A stretch of 64,000 nt of DNA, taken from NCBI GenBank assembly GCA_951406725.2, contig OX597820.1, positions 88,412,001 through 88,476,000 on the forward strand. The letters are read 5' to 3'. Position numbers and translations under genes: made by a program. The stretch comes from Octopus vulgaris. Lineage: Eukaryota. A model generated the notes under the pieces. The model saw only the letters and a list, made by a program, of their open reading frames with translations, made no database searches and was not told the origin of the DNA. How positions within the stretch are numbered: position 1 is the stretch's first letter; each line of letters begins with the position of its first letter. Of this stretch, positions 1-13,129 are shown piece by piece.

Positions 1-80
1 ACATGTATGTATGTATGTATGCATGTATGTATGTATGTATGTACGTATGTAAGTATGTATGTATGTATGTATACACCATT

Positions 81-380
81 TGTGGAGGCCCAGTGGTTAA
101 GGCAGCGGACTCGCAGTCGGAGGATCGCGGTTTCGATTCCCAAACCGGGCGTTGTGTGTGTTTATTGACCGAAAACACCTAAAGCTCCACAAGGCTCCGG
201 CAGGGGGTAGTAGTGACCCCTGTTGTACTCTTTCGCCCCAACTTTCTCTCGCTCTTTCTTCCTGTTTCTTGAGTAACGCTGCGATGGACTGGCGTTCCGT
301 CCAGCTGGGGGGAACACCTACGCCACAGAAACTGGCAAACCGGGCCCGTGAGCCTGGCTAGGCTTGAAAAGGGTGCATAA
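81..380 (+). mobile_element. tRNA-headed SINE, family D
   Basis: A-box-like GGCCCAGTGGTTAAGGC and B-box-like GGTTTCGATTCCC, then a body and an A-rich end. Homologous segments occur at 20222-20849 (-) and, for the tail, 29790-29900 (-). Confidence 0.8.
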
Positions 381-664
381 AAATGAAAAATAAAAAATAA
401 TATATACTATTTATTGCATTACTATATATTTAATCAACCCCAAAAGATCAAAAAATAAAGTCGAACCTCACAGTATTCAACTCATATATAACTGGATCCC
501 ACAAAATAAGTACTATTGGCGGAATGGTTAGAGTGTCAGACCAAATACATTCTTCATTGTTGTATATGTTTGCTGACCTTTAAGTTCAAGTCCTGGCTCT
601 GGTCAATTTCGTAATTTATCCTATTATAAAAAGCTAATTAAATATTGGAGGATCAGTGTATATA

Positions 665-810
665 ATTCACCTTTTAATGTACTCATATAATACAGTCTAT
701 AATGCATTATGAAACGCATATTAAATTTATCATGTGATGCACTCATATAATGCAGCATGTAATGCACTTCTGTATTGCACCTATATAATTCATCTTATAA
801 TGAACATTAA
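665..810. repeat. Degenerate AT-rich short tandem repeat
   Basis: Recurrent TATAATGCA / CTCATATAAT / TAATTCA units. Confidence 0.5.
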
Positions 811-1424
811 AATGCATCCTGGATAGGAAGGATAATAATTATAATAGAAAACATGCATACACACACACACACACGCACGCACAGAGAAAAAAAATCAATG
901 GAAAAGAGAGACAAAGAGCGCCTACAACACCAGCAATGGCTACAACAACTACAACAATAACAACAACTAAAATAAGAACAACTACAACAGCAACACAAAC
1001 AGAACAGCGATAAGACAGTGTAACTCTCAACAGCTCAAAACGACAGCAGCAACAGCAGCGTGCCAGGTGTTAGGCTAAACTAGAGTCTATCATAATACAT
1101 TTTTCTAATTTGTTGGTTTTTGTTATTGTCCGAACATTTTGCTTTCTCTCTGTCATCGGACACGTGTATTGGCGCAGAGACTTGCTGGTGTGTTCACAGT
1201 GTGTTGTTTCCATGTGTTGTTTCATCACAATAGAAATCTGGCCGATACTTGTACGTAATGCTTGCTTAGCTGTTGCTCGTAAGAGAGTGTTACCTGGTAG
1301 CAAGTATCACACTTTCGCTAATTAATTTTCTGCGCTTATGTAGTTGCGGGTAGACAAAGCCATCTTTTCGGCCAACCTCGTTTTTTATCCAGTGGAACAT
1401 CAAGAGTGTAACAATTAGCTGGTG

Positions 1425-1560
1425 TTCATTTTCAGCTGTTTGGACTGGAGCAATGAGAAATTATACTCCTTGAGAAAGGACACAACACGCTGCCCGGCTC
1501 GGGAATCGAACCCATAACCTTATGTTCGTGACATTTTAGTTATTTACCCACGCACCTTCA
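1425..1560 (-). mobile_element. Partial SINE family C (head and CORE-like part)
   Basis: GGACTGGAGCAA...ACACAACACGC...GGGAATCGAACC...CACGCACCTTCA matches the copies at 41958-42293 and 56893-57207. Confidence 0.7.
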
Positions 1561-1675
1561 CATTATTAGACATTAATAGACGGATGTAAACATCTTGACA
1601 TTAATAGACGGATGCAAACACCTTATTCATATATAAGCTATCTTCGCGGATAATAAAAAAAGACGGTTCAATACC

Positions 1676-1908
1676 TATTTCTTTACTACCTACAAGGAGC
1701 TAAACACAGAGAGGACAAACAAGGACAGACAAACGGATTAAGTCGATTATATCGATCCCAGTGCGTAACTGGTACTTATTTAATCGACCTCGAAAGGATG
1801 AAAGGCAAAGTCGACCTCGGCGGAATTTGAACTCAGAACGTAGCGGCAGTTGAAATACCGCTAAGCATTTCGCCCGGCGTGCTAACGCTTCTATCAGCTC
1901 GTCGCCTT
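1676..1908 (-). mobile_element. SINE family B (Meta-domain-like) with 16-bp target-site duplication
   Basis: Full head-to-tail copy flanked by AAGACGGTTCAATACC at 1660-1675 and 1909-1924. The central GCCTTTCATCCTTTCGNGGTCGATNAAATAAGTACCAG resembles the MetaSINE domain as I recall it. Confidence 0.9.
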
Positions 1909-2160
1909 AAGACGGTTCAATACCGGGTTTCATTAGGTTGTCGAAGACCCGTTTGGATTGTTCACGGTGACTGTGACAGTAACAATGCTTATAAACCTAG
2001 TTTTCCTCAGGCCAAGCAGGCAATGCGTTCTTTTTAGTATTATGCCATTCTTTCGCGACAGTGGAGAGCAAATTGGTGCTTGAGAGGATTGGAAGGTCTT
2101 TCGCAGAAAGTAAAAAGATGAAAAACAACTTTGAAAAAAAAAAAAAAGAAATGAGCATAA

Positions 2161-2338
2161 GCGTAGAAGTGGCTGTGTGGTAAGTAGCTTGCTTATGAAC
2201 CACATGGTTCCGGGTTCAGTCCCACTACGTGGCACCTTGGGCTAGTGTCTTCTACTATAGCATTGGGCCGACTAAAGCCTTGTGAGTGGACTTGGTAGAC
2301 GGAAACTGAAAGAAGCCTGTCGTATATATGTATGTATA

Positions 2339-2389
<51 letters not shown>

Positions 2390-2601
2390 TTGTGTGTCTG
2401 TGTTTGTCCCCCCAACATCGCTTGACAACTGATGCTGGTGTGTTTACGTCCCCGTAACTTAGCGGTTCGGCAAAAAAGAGACTGATAAAATAAGTAGTAG
2501 GCTTACAAAGAATAAGTCCTGGGGTCGATTTGATCGACTAAAAGGCGGTGCTCCAGCATGGTCACAGTCACATGACTGAAACGAGTAAAAGAGTAAAAGA
2601 G
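2161..2601 (+). mobile_element. SINE family A (tRNA head, CORE-like, internal (TA)n(TG)n, (GTAAAAGA)n tail)
   Basis: GTGGCTGTGTGG A-box, GGGTTCAGTCCC B-box, ACCTTGGGCNAGT CORE-like motif. Many near-identical copies in the window. Confidence 0.9.
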
Positions 2602-3188
2602 TGTAAACCGAAGGTGCGTAAGGAGCATTAAGAGGACATGAGCCCGCCTCCAACTCGGGACGCCGTGACGTTTATGGTTGTTTGAAGTACCAATAAATCT
2701 CTGGTCAAATTACCGGATAGTCTGAAGGAAGACAAAGAGGATGAGGAAATATCCGGCAAGAAAGAAATTGTATTGAATTGAAAAGTCGTTCAGAACGGTG
2801 TGTGAAAATCACACCAAGCTTGCCTGGAGGCTGTAGGTTATTTCTTGTCTCTTCCAATGCAACGGATGCTCACATTTTTTTTTTAATGTATCAATTTCCT
2901 TTAACAGGAGAAAGAAGTTGCCAGAGTTTTGAGGCACCGTGATCCAACTAAGACAGTAGATTCTCGCCTTTGGGTGGTTTGTCATATATGGACTAACTGA
3001 ATCGTTTGAGAGTTGGAAAAAATTCCGTGTATTATTTGAGATCAAATCTCGCCGAGGTTAACTACACTTCTCATCCTTTCGGGGCCGGTAAAGAGAAGTA
3101 CCAGAAATCATTATTTATGCTTTTATATATATGGGCTCTGTGTGAGCAGTCATCTAAAAGTTTTTGTGCATCTTGATGCTGACATAAG

Positions 3189-3287
3189 TTCCTTGTTTTC
3201 CCTGATGAGAAGGCGGCATAATGCACCCCTTATTCCTTCGAAATTAGGAATATGCAGCCTTCGAAACATATGTCGAAAATAAAGGAA
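3189..3287 (+). ncRNA. Type-I hammerhead ribozyme motif (Penelope-like terminal repeat)
   Basis: CTGATGA at 3202-3208; stem II GAAGGC-G-GCATA / TATGC-A-GCCTTC; GAAAC-ATAT-GTC at 3263-3274; imperfect stem I TTCCTTGTTTTC / GAAAATAAAGGAA. Confidence 0.75.
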
Positions 3288-3327
3288 TTTTGTTAATTCG
3301 TCGTTCAACTCCATTCTTTCATTTATT

Positions 3328-3389
<62 letters not shown>

Positions 3390-3580
3390 ATATATCATTC
3401 ATATATTTGTGCATTTGTGCATTTTAACCTACATTTTTAATATGTCTCAATATATTGTATAACGACTTTGCGACACAGGCTTGTTTCATATACTTGTACG
3501 TACATCTCTACGCGTCCTATAACTCCGCTGTAACATGCTTTCTATGAATAAATGGACTCTCGTGGCAAATGAAGTGAAAA

Positions 3581-3618
<38 letters not shown>

Positions 3619-3868
3619 GGCGGCGAGCTGGAAGAATGGTTAGCACGCTGGACAAAATGTTTAGCAGCATACAGTGAAATGGAATTTCATTGTATTCTTG
3701 AATAAAGCACTTCATTTCACGTTACCCTACGATATCTAACTTGTGATATATCTAACTTGTGATATACCATGCACTTGGCCAATCAACGTCGATTTGGTCC
3801 ATTATTATTAATTTATTATCACCACCACCACCACCACTATTATTAATATTATTATTATTATTATTATT

Positions 3869-3988
3869 CAGTAGTTTTATTTTTATAGCGTGCTTTCACT
3901 TCACTACCGAGCGCAGCTCTGTGTGCCTTGGGTATGTGCTGTGATTTGTTGTGATGCTCTGATGGTTATTGTATGGAAAGTGTTCTGC

Positions 3989-3991
<3 letters not shown>
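3869..3991 (-). mobile_element. Extremely 5'-truncated R4/Dong retrotransposon 3' end within (TAA)n
   Basis: Nearly identical to 42745-42868. Encodes the terminal RRTLSIQ* and is flanked on both sides by ATT repeats. Confidence 0.85.
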
Positions 3992-4034
<43 letters not shown>

Positions 4035-4077
4035 GATAATTATTATTATTATTATCATCATCATCATCATCATCATC

Positions 4078-4150
<73 letters not shown>

Positions 4151-4319
4151 GGGCTGCGAGCTTGGCAGAATCGTTAGCGAGCCGGCCGTCTTTACGTTCT
4201 GAGTTCAAATTCCACCGAGGCCGACTTTGCCTTCCAACCATTCACGGTCGATAAATCAAGTACCAGTTGAGTTCTGGGATCGAAATAATCGACTTAACCC
4301 CTACCCCGACGTTGCTGGC

Positions 4320-4398
<79 letters not shown>

Positions 4399-4552
4399 AA
4401 CTACTATTATTATTATTATTCCTCCGAGATCGACTTTGCCTTTTATCCTTTCGGGGTCGATAAATTAGGTACTAGTGAAGCACTTGGGTCGATGTAATTA
4501 ACTAGTCCTCTCCCACCAAATCTCAGGCCTTGTACCGTTAGTAGAAAGGATT
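4151..4552 (+). mobile_element. Two SINE family B fragments separated by (CTA)n
   Basis: GAGTTCAAATTCC-CCGAGG-CGACTTTGCC and GCCTTTTATCCTTTCGGGGTCGATAAA motifs. Confidence 0.75.
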
Positions 4553-4584
4553 GTTATCATCATCATCGTCGTCGTCGTCGTCGT

Positions 4585-4615
<31 letters not shown>

Positions 4616-5180
4616 CGTCATTGTCATCGTCGTCCTCCTCTTTACCATCACCACCATCGTCGTTGACATCGTTTTTATCATCGCCACCCCCACCCCCCTA
4701 ACGAAAAAAAAAACTTTTCCTTTTTGTTTATCCTCTTCCACAGCCTTGCTTATACTTGAAATCTGGACTTAGTACAAAACTATATAAAATTTTATCGCCT
4801 TACATTGAAAGTTGGAACAGCAAATATATTGATTCTAAAACGAATTCCTTGCCGATAAACGAGCAGCAACTATCACAGTATCAGCAGCAGTAACAGCATC
4901 ACTCGCAATTGCAGGAGGATAAAAGAAAACCACACCCACGAACGATGGAAGCCGCTAGCATCTGTGGTAACAATACACCAACGTATCTAACAGTATACTG
5001 TTTCGCCATCACAGCTGCCACATCAGCTACGTTTAAAAGCAAGGTGGATATTAAATGGTAGCTATAGAAACGGCTGCAGCTTCTAAGTACACATACAACT
5101 GTTACCCTAATTATACGCGCGCACACATACACAGACGTACACGCAGACCCATATAACGTGTGTGTATGTGTGTGTGTGCA

Positions 5181-5239
<59 letters not shown>

Positions 5240-5248
<9 letters not shown>

Positions 5249-5700
5249 TGAGAATGTCTGTCTGTCTGTCTGTCTGTCTGTGTGAATCCCTAAAACTTGA
5301 GAACTACACAACCAATTTCATTCAAATTTTACACATGCCTTACTTAGGGTCCATGGAGTGTCATGGGCAAAAACTTTTTACTTTTTCCTAGGGCGAGCCC
5401 ACAGCAATATCATATCTTCTCCACTATGAATCCCTTAAACTTGAGAACTACACAACCAATTTCATTCAAATTTTACACATGCCTTACTTATGGTCCATGT
5501 TGTGTCATGGGCAAAAACACTTCTAACTTCTTGTCTAGGGTGAGCCCACAACAATATCATATCTTCTCCACTATTTCAGTATTACATGTTAAAAGTGAAA
5601 CAAAAACATCTCTCTATTGTAATGTCAGATACTTTCACTTTAATACTGAAAATATTAAAGTCAAACTATTATATAAGAGGGATGAACCATGAACAGTGGA
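5240..5700 (+). mobile_element. 5' part of a Helitron-like non-autonomous element with an internal tandem duplication of about 145 bp
   Basis: ATATAAAA...(GTCT)n start like the Helitrons below. The unit GAATCCCT-AAACTTGAGAACTACACAACCAATTTCATTCAAATTTTACAC repeats at about 5284 and 5428. Confidence 0.5.
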
Positions 5701-5820
5701 CATCCATTTTGCTAGAAGAAGATTCGCTATGGTCTTGTATGCTACACCACTGGTTTTCAATTCATATTAATCAAATTAATATTCAATTTCCCACCCTTAT
5801 TTTAAATTTAAATTTAAACC

Positions 5821-5879
5821 CAGGACCATGTGTTTTGGAACGAAGTTTGTTACCACACAGCCACACCTGCACCTATGTA

Positions 5880-5921
<42 letters not shown>

Positions 5922-6461
5922 GCTGTATATGTATACATTTATTTTTATACATATAGATGTATATGTATACATGTATATGTGTAGATATATATATGTATAG
6001 ATGTACATGTAATATGTACACATAATATTCACATATATACATGCATACAAATATATACCCATACACACATACACACACACAGGTGCTGGTGTGGCTGTGT
6101 GGTAACAAACCTCGTTCCAAAACACATGGTCCTCAGTTCAGTCCCACTGTGTGGTGACTTGGCATGTGTCTTCTGCTATAGCCTCAGACCAACCAAAGCC
6201 TTGTCAGTGGATTTTGTAGACAGAAACTGAAAGAAATCAATCGTATATATATGTATGTATATATGTAAGTCTGTGTGTGTGTCTTTGTGTTTCTCCCTCA
6301 TCACTACCTAACTGTTCGCTTATTTACAACCCCATAACTTACTGGTTTCACAAGAAGAAACTGATAGAATAAGTACCAGACTTAGCAAAATAAAAAAAAC
6401 CACTAGGCAGTATCTCATATTTTTGTTTGCCCACACAATTTATCTTTGTGTGTGTGTGTAT

Positions 6462-6548
<87 letters not shown>

Positions 6549-6750
6549 TTTCGTAGACAGAAACGTAAAGAAATCAATCGTATATATATGTATGTATATA
6601 TTTAAGTGTATGTGTGTGACTTTGTTTCTGTGTTTCACCCTCATCACTGCTTCACAACTGCTGTTCGTTTATTTACATCCCCATAACTTACTGGTTTCAC
6701 AAGAAGAAACTAATAGAATAAGTACCAGGCTTATCAACATAAAAAAAAAC
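5821..6750. mobile_element. Rearranged SINE family A copy (inverted head duplicate and tandem duplicate of the 3' half)
   Basis: 5821-5874 is the reverse complement of 6081-6134. The segment at about 6215-6390 recurs at about 6550-6740. Confidence 0.75.
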
Positions 6751-6808
6751 ACTACGCTGTGTCTCATATTTTTGTTTTCCCACTCAGTTGTATCTATGAA
6801 TTTATCTT

Positions 6809-6853
<45 letters not shown>

Positions 6854-6964
6854 CTTTTTTTCTTGTTTGTTTCAGCTCAGAGCTGCGGTCATATATATAA
6901 TACACACACGCACGCACGCACGCATATATATATATACATGTATGTATATGTGTACATTCATATT

Positions 6965-8640
6965 TATTATATCAAAGACAATGTCTTTATGTGTTCGTGT
7001 ATTACTGATACATTCGAAAACTGCTGCACCGATCATAATGAAATTTAGAACACAAAATCGAAGCCCAGGGAGAAGGGTAATGCTGTGTGTTTCATACAAT
7101 TTCATGGACCAAAATTTCTGAATGGATCCTTATGATATTTGAAACTTAGATTCAATGCATAAGGGCGGGTATAATGCAATATGTTTGGTTTGAATTTCGG
7201 ATGGCTTAAAGGAGGCAGAACCACCCATGAAAATTCATAAATTTTCGATGTTGATGAAATTTCAACCATGGGTAATTGACACACATCAGGAGGTATTCTC
7301 AAAGTTTCCACTTCACATGAGGATTCTAAGACACCCTAATGGGGGCCTTAACTCCCAAATTTTAGTCATTTCTATTATGATCCAAAACTAAGTCAAAAGT
7401 ACTGAATGGATCTTTACGAAATTTGGAAATTATATTCTATGTATAAGGGCCACAACCCCCATGACAATTCATATATTTTTGCTATTGAGGAAATTTTAAC
7501 CATAGATATTAGATACAAATGAAGTAATATTTATAAAATTTCATCTTCTAACAAGTTAGAAAGACCCCTTCATGGGGACTTAACACCCACAATTTTGTCA
7601 TTTTATCTAAGCAAAGACGAATAGTTGTACTCTTGGAAGCTGTGGGGTCATCCGAGCATAGAAGATGCGCATTATTTGTAATTCAATGGTACAACAGTGT
7701 AAGAGTTTGCTTTGACATACACTTATAATGTGATTTCTGCAATGTGCTGCATAAATTGTCAAGTAAATGAGAGGCATCTTTGCCTCCACTGATTCAGTTG
7801 CAAAGTGTTGAGTAAAGTTATTTGATTGCAGATCTCCTTTCAGTCTTTTTATTATCACTGGGTCACACATAGTCCCCACATGGTAACACTGATTTTAAGG
7901 CCTTCCCAGATGAGTAACTGGTTATTCAAAGACATTTATAGATTGTATATTTATTCTGTCCAGTTACGTATCAGTATAGTGGTCATTTGCAAACTCCAAC
8001 TTTCATTTCTCCTTAGACCTCACGTCATACAGTTGTTAATGTTTATTTCAGTTGGGTCACGCCCTTCCAATTGCTATAGATTCGTAATGCATCTTACGGC
8101 TGTGCCTGTCACATGGATGATGAGGAATACTACATTGGGAGTGGTAACGACTAGGGTAGGATAGCTGACTGCTTATTGTGATCATTCGTCTTTTGGTTTC
8201 CTGTAGCTTTGCTCTCTTTTATAAACCCAGTGAACATATATTTCCAATTTCAAAGAAATTCAAACAACAGATATAAGACCCAAGTTTAAAAAAATTCTCA
8301 ACAATTTAACTTCTCTGGTTGACATTAAGACGCCCACCCCCAATAGGGGCGTTAACTCTCACATTTTAGAGCTCCATGACCTCCATTTTTCAGGAGCAAA
8401 ATCCTTTTAACAGGTTCTATAAGACTGGAATTTTGGAATATGCCCATAAAAATCAGAAGTATGGGGTATATGTGGCACGATTACAATTTTGTTTGGGTGT
8501 GTAAAGAGGGAAAAAAACCCTCATCTGCAATTTTGATGAAATTCGAAACATAGGTATACCAGTTCACTAGAGAAAATATAACAGAAAAGTCTAATTCTTC
8601 AAATGTATGTAACACGGGCTACCCCGGGTATCTCTGCTAG
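6965..8640 (+). mobile_element. Helitron-like element with internal degenerate repeats and filler DNA
   Basis: 3' end has an imperfect GC hairpin CGGGCTACCCCGGG, then CTAG|T at 8637-8641. Internal repeats include ACCCCC-ATGGGG-CTTAAC. The 5' boundary is uncertain. Confidence 0.55.
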
Positions 8641-8655
8641 TATATATATATACAA

Positions 8656-8706
<51 letters not shown>

Positions 8707-9493
8707 AATATATATATATATGCATATATATATACACACATACACGCACGCACACACACACACACACACATACACACACACACACATATATATATATAAG
8801 CTACTTGATAAACTCCTATATAGACTTTATCCTTAATTTTAATTGATATATATATATGTTTATATATATACACACATACAGACACACACACACATTTACA
8901 TACATACGTACATACATGCACACACACACACACACACATACACACACACATATATATATGTATACATATATATGCATATATTTTATATATATATGTATAT
9001 ATTATATGCGTGTTGCATATAAAAACGTGTGTGTGTGTGTGTGTGTGTATGTGCGTGTGTGTATATATGTATGTATTTATGTATGTATGTTTGTATTATG
9101 TATGTATGTATGTATGTATGTATGTATGTTGTATGTATGTATGCATGTATATGCGGATATATATTAAATTAGATGAGAAAAAAATGTCTTGTCACATTTC
9201 AAAATGAAAAAAAAAGTGTTTCTTTGATCTTGGTGTTATATTTGAGAATCCTTAAATAGCAACGCCTTGACATGAAGCTGACACGCCTAAATAGTTACAC
9301 CTGATCACAAAGTCCTACATGCATGAATAAATCCCGAACTATAACATAACAAATTTAATCAATAAAAATTTTCCATAATAACCTGTCCATCACAACCTGT
9401 GTTACAAGTTAATTATCCTTCACCAGGACTCCACCTACCCAAGAAAATTTTAAATCAAGAGAAAAGTCATAAAAGCAAAAACTAAAATGTAGC

Positions 9494-9538
9494 ACAGTCT
9501 GAGGATGACTAAGCTGACCGAAACTTCGAAGTCACTGT
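9494..9538 (+). ncRNA. Minimal type-I hammerhead ribozyme motif with degenerate stem II
   Basis: ACAGT-CTGAGGA-TGACTAAGCTGACC-GAAAC-TTCGAA-GTC-ACTGT: perfect 5-bp stem I, intact core, palindromic stem III. Confidence 0.7.
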
Positions 9539-9560
9539 CAGTACTATACTTGTTAAAGAA

Positions 9561-9653
<93 letters not shown>

Positions 9654-9759
9654 GTGTGTGTGTGTGTCTCTGTGTGTGTCTCTGTGTGTGTCTGTGTGTT
9701 TGTGTTACTTTGATCAACATTATTTTCTCAAATTATTGTTTACATAATTCCCTCTCCTT

Positions 9760-10600
9760 AATTCCCCCAGGCGTAAAATTTTTCTGCTTTCGAGGCAAAG
9801 AAACACTCAATATCATGTTTATAACATCTCAAATAATAAAAAAAGAAAACTATTTCCCTCTAAATAATGTTGCAATGGTCTGAAAAGATAATAGTCAAAT
9901 GTAGCAAGGTACGGAGAGCGAAGATGAGAAAAAACTTCCATATTTTGTGCCACAGTCTTTTGCTGGACCTTTATGCAAAGCTTCCAACTGAAAACAATAC
10001 TTCTCCGCATTAACTGTTTCATATCTTATCAAGCACAGAGCATAACTTTTCTGGTTGTAATCCTGGTTTAGGGATGGATTCTTACCTTTTATTGGGTGCT
10101 AACCATTGTTGTTTTCTTTAGATATGATTATAGAGAGCTCACTTTTCTTCTTTGGGGTGATTCTACCCAGGAAAGCTTCGTTGCAAGTCTATTTTTCAAT
10201 GACAAGTAGAGATGAATTCTTTGTTTAAGATGAAAAAGATAATAAAGACCTACTGACCATGCTTAGACACTTTTCTACTCCATGAAGGTGTTTTATAATC
10301 AAAGTATAACTTGAATTGAGCTTGTTTGCAAATTCTCATGCATTTTGCTTTGAATTTTTCTCAACTACGGTTTTCAGAAGCTCAGTATTAACAGAACTTG
10401 ATCGCCCAGGTTGAAGAGAATCTGCGAGAGAAAAATTTCCCGAGCGAAACTGATCGAACCACCGTTGGCATGCAAGGCCACTTAAAGCTCCATTTTCATA
10501 GACAGATAAAATATTTCTTACTGCTTTTATTGCTGAAAAGCCCATTTTGAATTTGCAGAGCATGCATTATTTGATATGCGTCTGATCTAAACTTATTTTA
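9760..10600 (-). pseudogene. Decayed mariner transposase
   Basis: N-terminal HTH-like AVRNILSVYENGALS..CQRWFDQFRSGNFSLAD...PGRS. The C-terminal SHLRSPYLATFDYYLFRPLQHYLEG is a decayed form of the mariner YSPDLAPSDYHLF motif. Confidence 0.85.
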
Positions 10601-11256
10601 AAAGGGTAAAATCGATACAAATTCCATCACTATGGAAGAAGGTAATCTGCAAAGAAAGAAAAGAAAAAATGAGTATTAGAACTTAAAAATTGATACTTAT
10701 TGAAATTATATTTGTGTTCTACTCTAACATTTTTTATTAAACAATTTTTCATATTTATTTTTCAGTCCTTTATATTTAGTTTGTCTACAATGTTCTTATA
10801 TCAACCAACGTTTCAAAGATTTCTCGGTAGTTGGTAGCAAAAGATTACGAGAACAGTGCTATGACAAATACATACATACATACATACAAACCAGGTTTAT
10901 ACCTTTAAAAATAGGAGCTTTGGGATATGTAACACGCTACCCAAATACCAATCTTGAGAAATTAGGCTTCTCAAAACCAGAAAGGACAAAGCTTATTCGA
11001 AGTCTACAGATCCAACCCATCACTGCAACTGTAAAAATCTGTAAAACTTTCTTGAAGTTTATGATTTGAATATATATGAGCATGTCTAGATATGCAACTA
11101 TATGCATGAAAATACATACATAAAACATACAAATCTGTACATACATACATACATACATACATACATACATACATACATACATACATACATACATACATGC
11201 ATGCATGCATACATACATACATACATGTATACATACATACATACATACATACATAC

Positions 11257-11287
<31 letters not shown>

Positions 11288-11459
11288 CATACATACATGC
11301 AAACAAACAAAAATACCCTGTTGTTGACGTTGACATTCCAATGAAGGAGCCTTGGATCTAGGTTACAAATCGGTTCTTTCTCTATTGGCAAGAAATCTTG
11401 AAATAAACTGAATAATGACATACATATAATAATTAATAACAACAAAAGCAATATTGATA

Positions 11460-12043
11460 CCAAAAAGGAATCTTTATCTCTAACTTAACTTAGATGTTGT
11501 ATTAGAACATAGAATACGGCATTATTTACCATGAGAGTATCGCTCATATGGATTCATGGTACATAAAAGCACACGTCATTAAAAGCACAAACGAGAACAG
11601 TTTGCTATGGCTGCCGAAACCCTCAGATCTGATTTAGCGCTGCTACGGGCTCCTTGGTGACAGATGTTTACTAGCGACATAACAGCCGAGTTTCCTGTCA
11701 GCAATATAAAGAATATCAGTGCCTACACAGGCAACGTTATCGCAAATAGCCAGTGGGTTTATTTAAAATAATTAATAGCGAAAAAATCAGCATTTATACC
11801 GAAAGACAATCTTTATTTCAGCTGTTATATCGCTGCTAGATGTCTGTAACTAAGGATTCCAAAACAGAGCGATCTGGCAATTTTGGCAGCCGTAGCAGAC
11901 AGTTTTCGTTTGTCGACGATATATATACGTGTGCTTTTATACACCACGAGTCCATATGAGCGATTCTCTCAAGGTAGATAATACAGTATCTTGTGTTCTA
12001 ACACAACATCCAAGTTAAGCTGGAGATAAAGATTACCATTTGA
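11460..12043. mobile_element. Foldback MITE with imperfect terminal inverted repeats of about 230 bp, TA-flanked
   Basis: AATCTTTATCTCTAACTTAACTTAGATGTTG... pairs with ...CAACATCCAAGTTAAGCTGGAGATAAAGATT. TA at 11458-11459 and 12044-12045. Confidence 0.85.
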
Positions 12044-13051
12044 TAATACATACATATATACATACATACGCAAACACACACACACACACACACACACGCA
12101 CAAACACACACGCACGCATACACACATTTATTCGGTGTACGCAACTGAAACAACATTAAATCAAAATAGCCATATGTGTACCATGCTTAACGCATAGGCA
12201 CAATTTAAAAACCTGTGGTTTTTATCAGTGAAAAATTTCTTCATTGATTGTGTCAAAAATACTATAAATGGGAAAAAGACAAACATTGTTCCACATTTCA
12301 GTCTTATTGGTTTAGTCCGTGACATACACCCAGTCGACACGTACCTAGACGAATTTTCCCCTCCGATATCGAGCGAACAGTGAATGCTACATTTATCGAT
12401 ATTGCATAAAGCTTTCCAGTTTGAAATAAACTCAATGTGCGCAATTGAAATAGCATTAAATTAAAATAGCAGTCTGTAGACCATACTTGACGTATAACAT
12501 CAATCAAAGTGACTGCTGGGACGATGTTTGCCTTGCTCCGATATATATTGTGGTTTTAGTACAAAATGCTTATGAAAAGATTTTCTTTCAGACAAAAAAT
12601 CACTGCGTTATTCCCTTCAGGGATTGACTCAGATCATCAAATATTCAGAGTTTTTTGTAGACCATATTTCCTGTATGTGTAAGTATTTAATATTACTACT
12701 TGGAGGATTGTGAAGGAGCAGAAGCAGTGGTTTGTTATCAAACTGTTTATATAGATTGTAGTGGGGATGTATCGAGTATCTTGTATTTATGGAGTGCACC
12801 ATGACATTTCAACGACTAATGCTAACGGTGTGTCGTAGCTGCACAAACAACAGCATCAGTACCATCAACATCTTCAACAGCAATAGCAGCATCAACAATA
12901 AATCATCATCATCATCATCGTCATCGTCGTCATTGTCGCCGTCGTCATCGTTATCGTCGATATCATCATCATCATCATCACCGCCACCATCATCATCATC
13001 ATCATCATCACCGCCACCATTATCATCATCATCATCATCACCGCCACCATT

Positions 13052-13129
<78 letters not shown>

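Noticed and set aside
1921-2015. Minus-strand hammerhead-like CTGAGGA...GAAAC-CCG-GTA
   Set aside because: Stem II is imperfect and no stem I pairing could be found.
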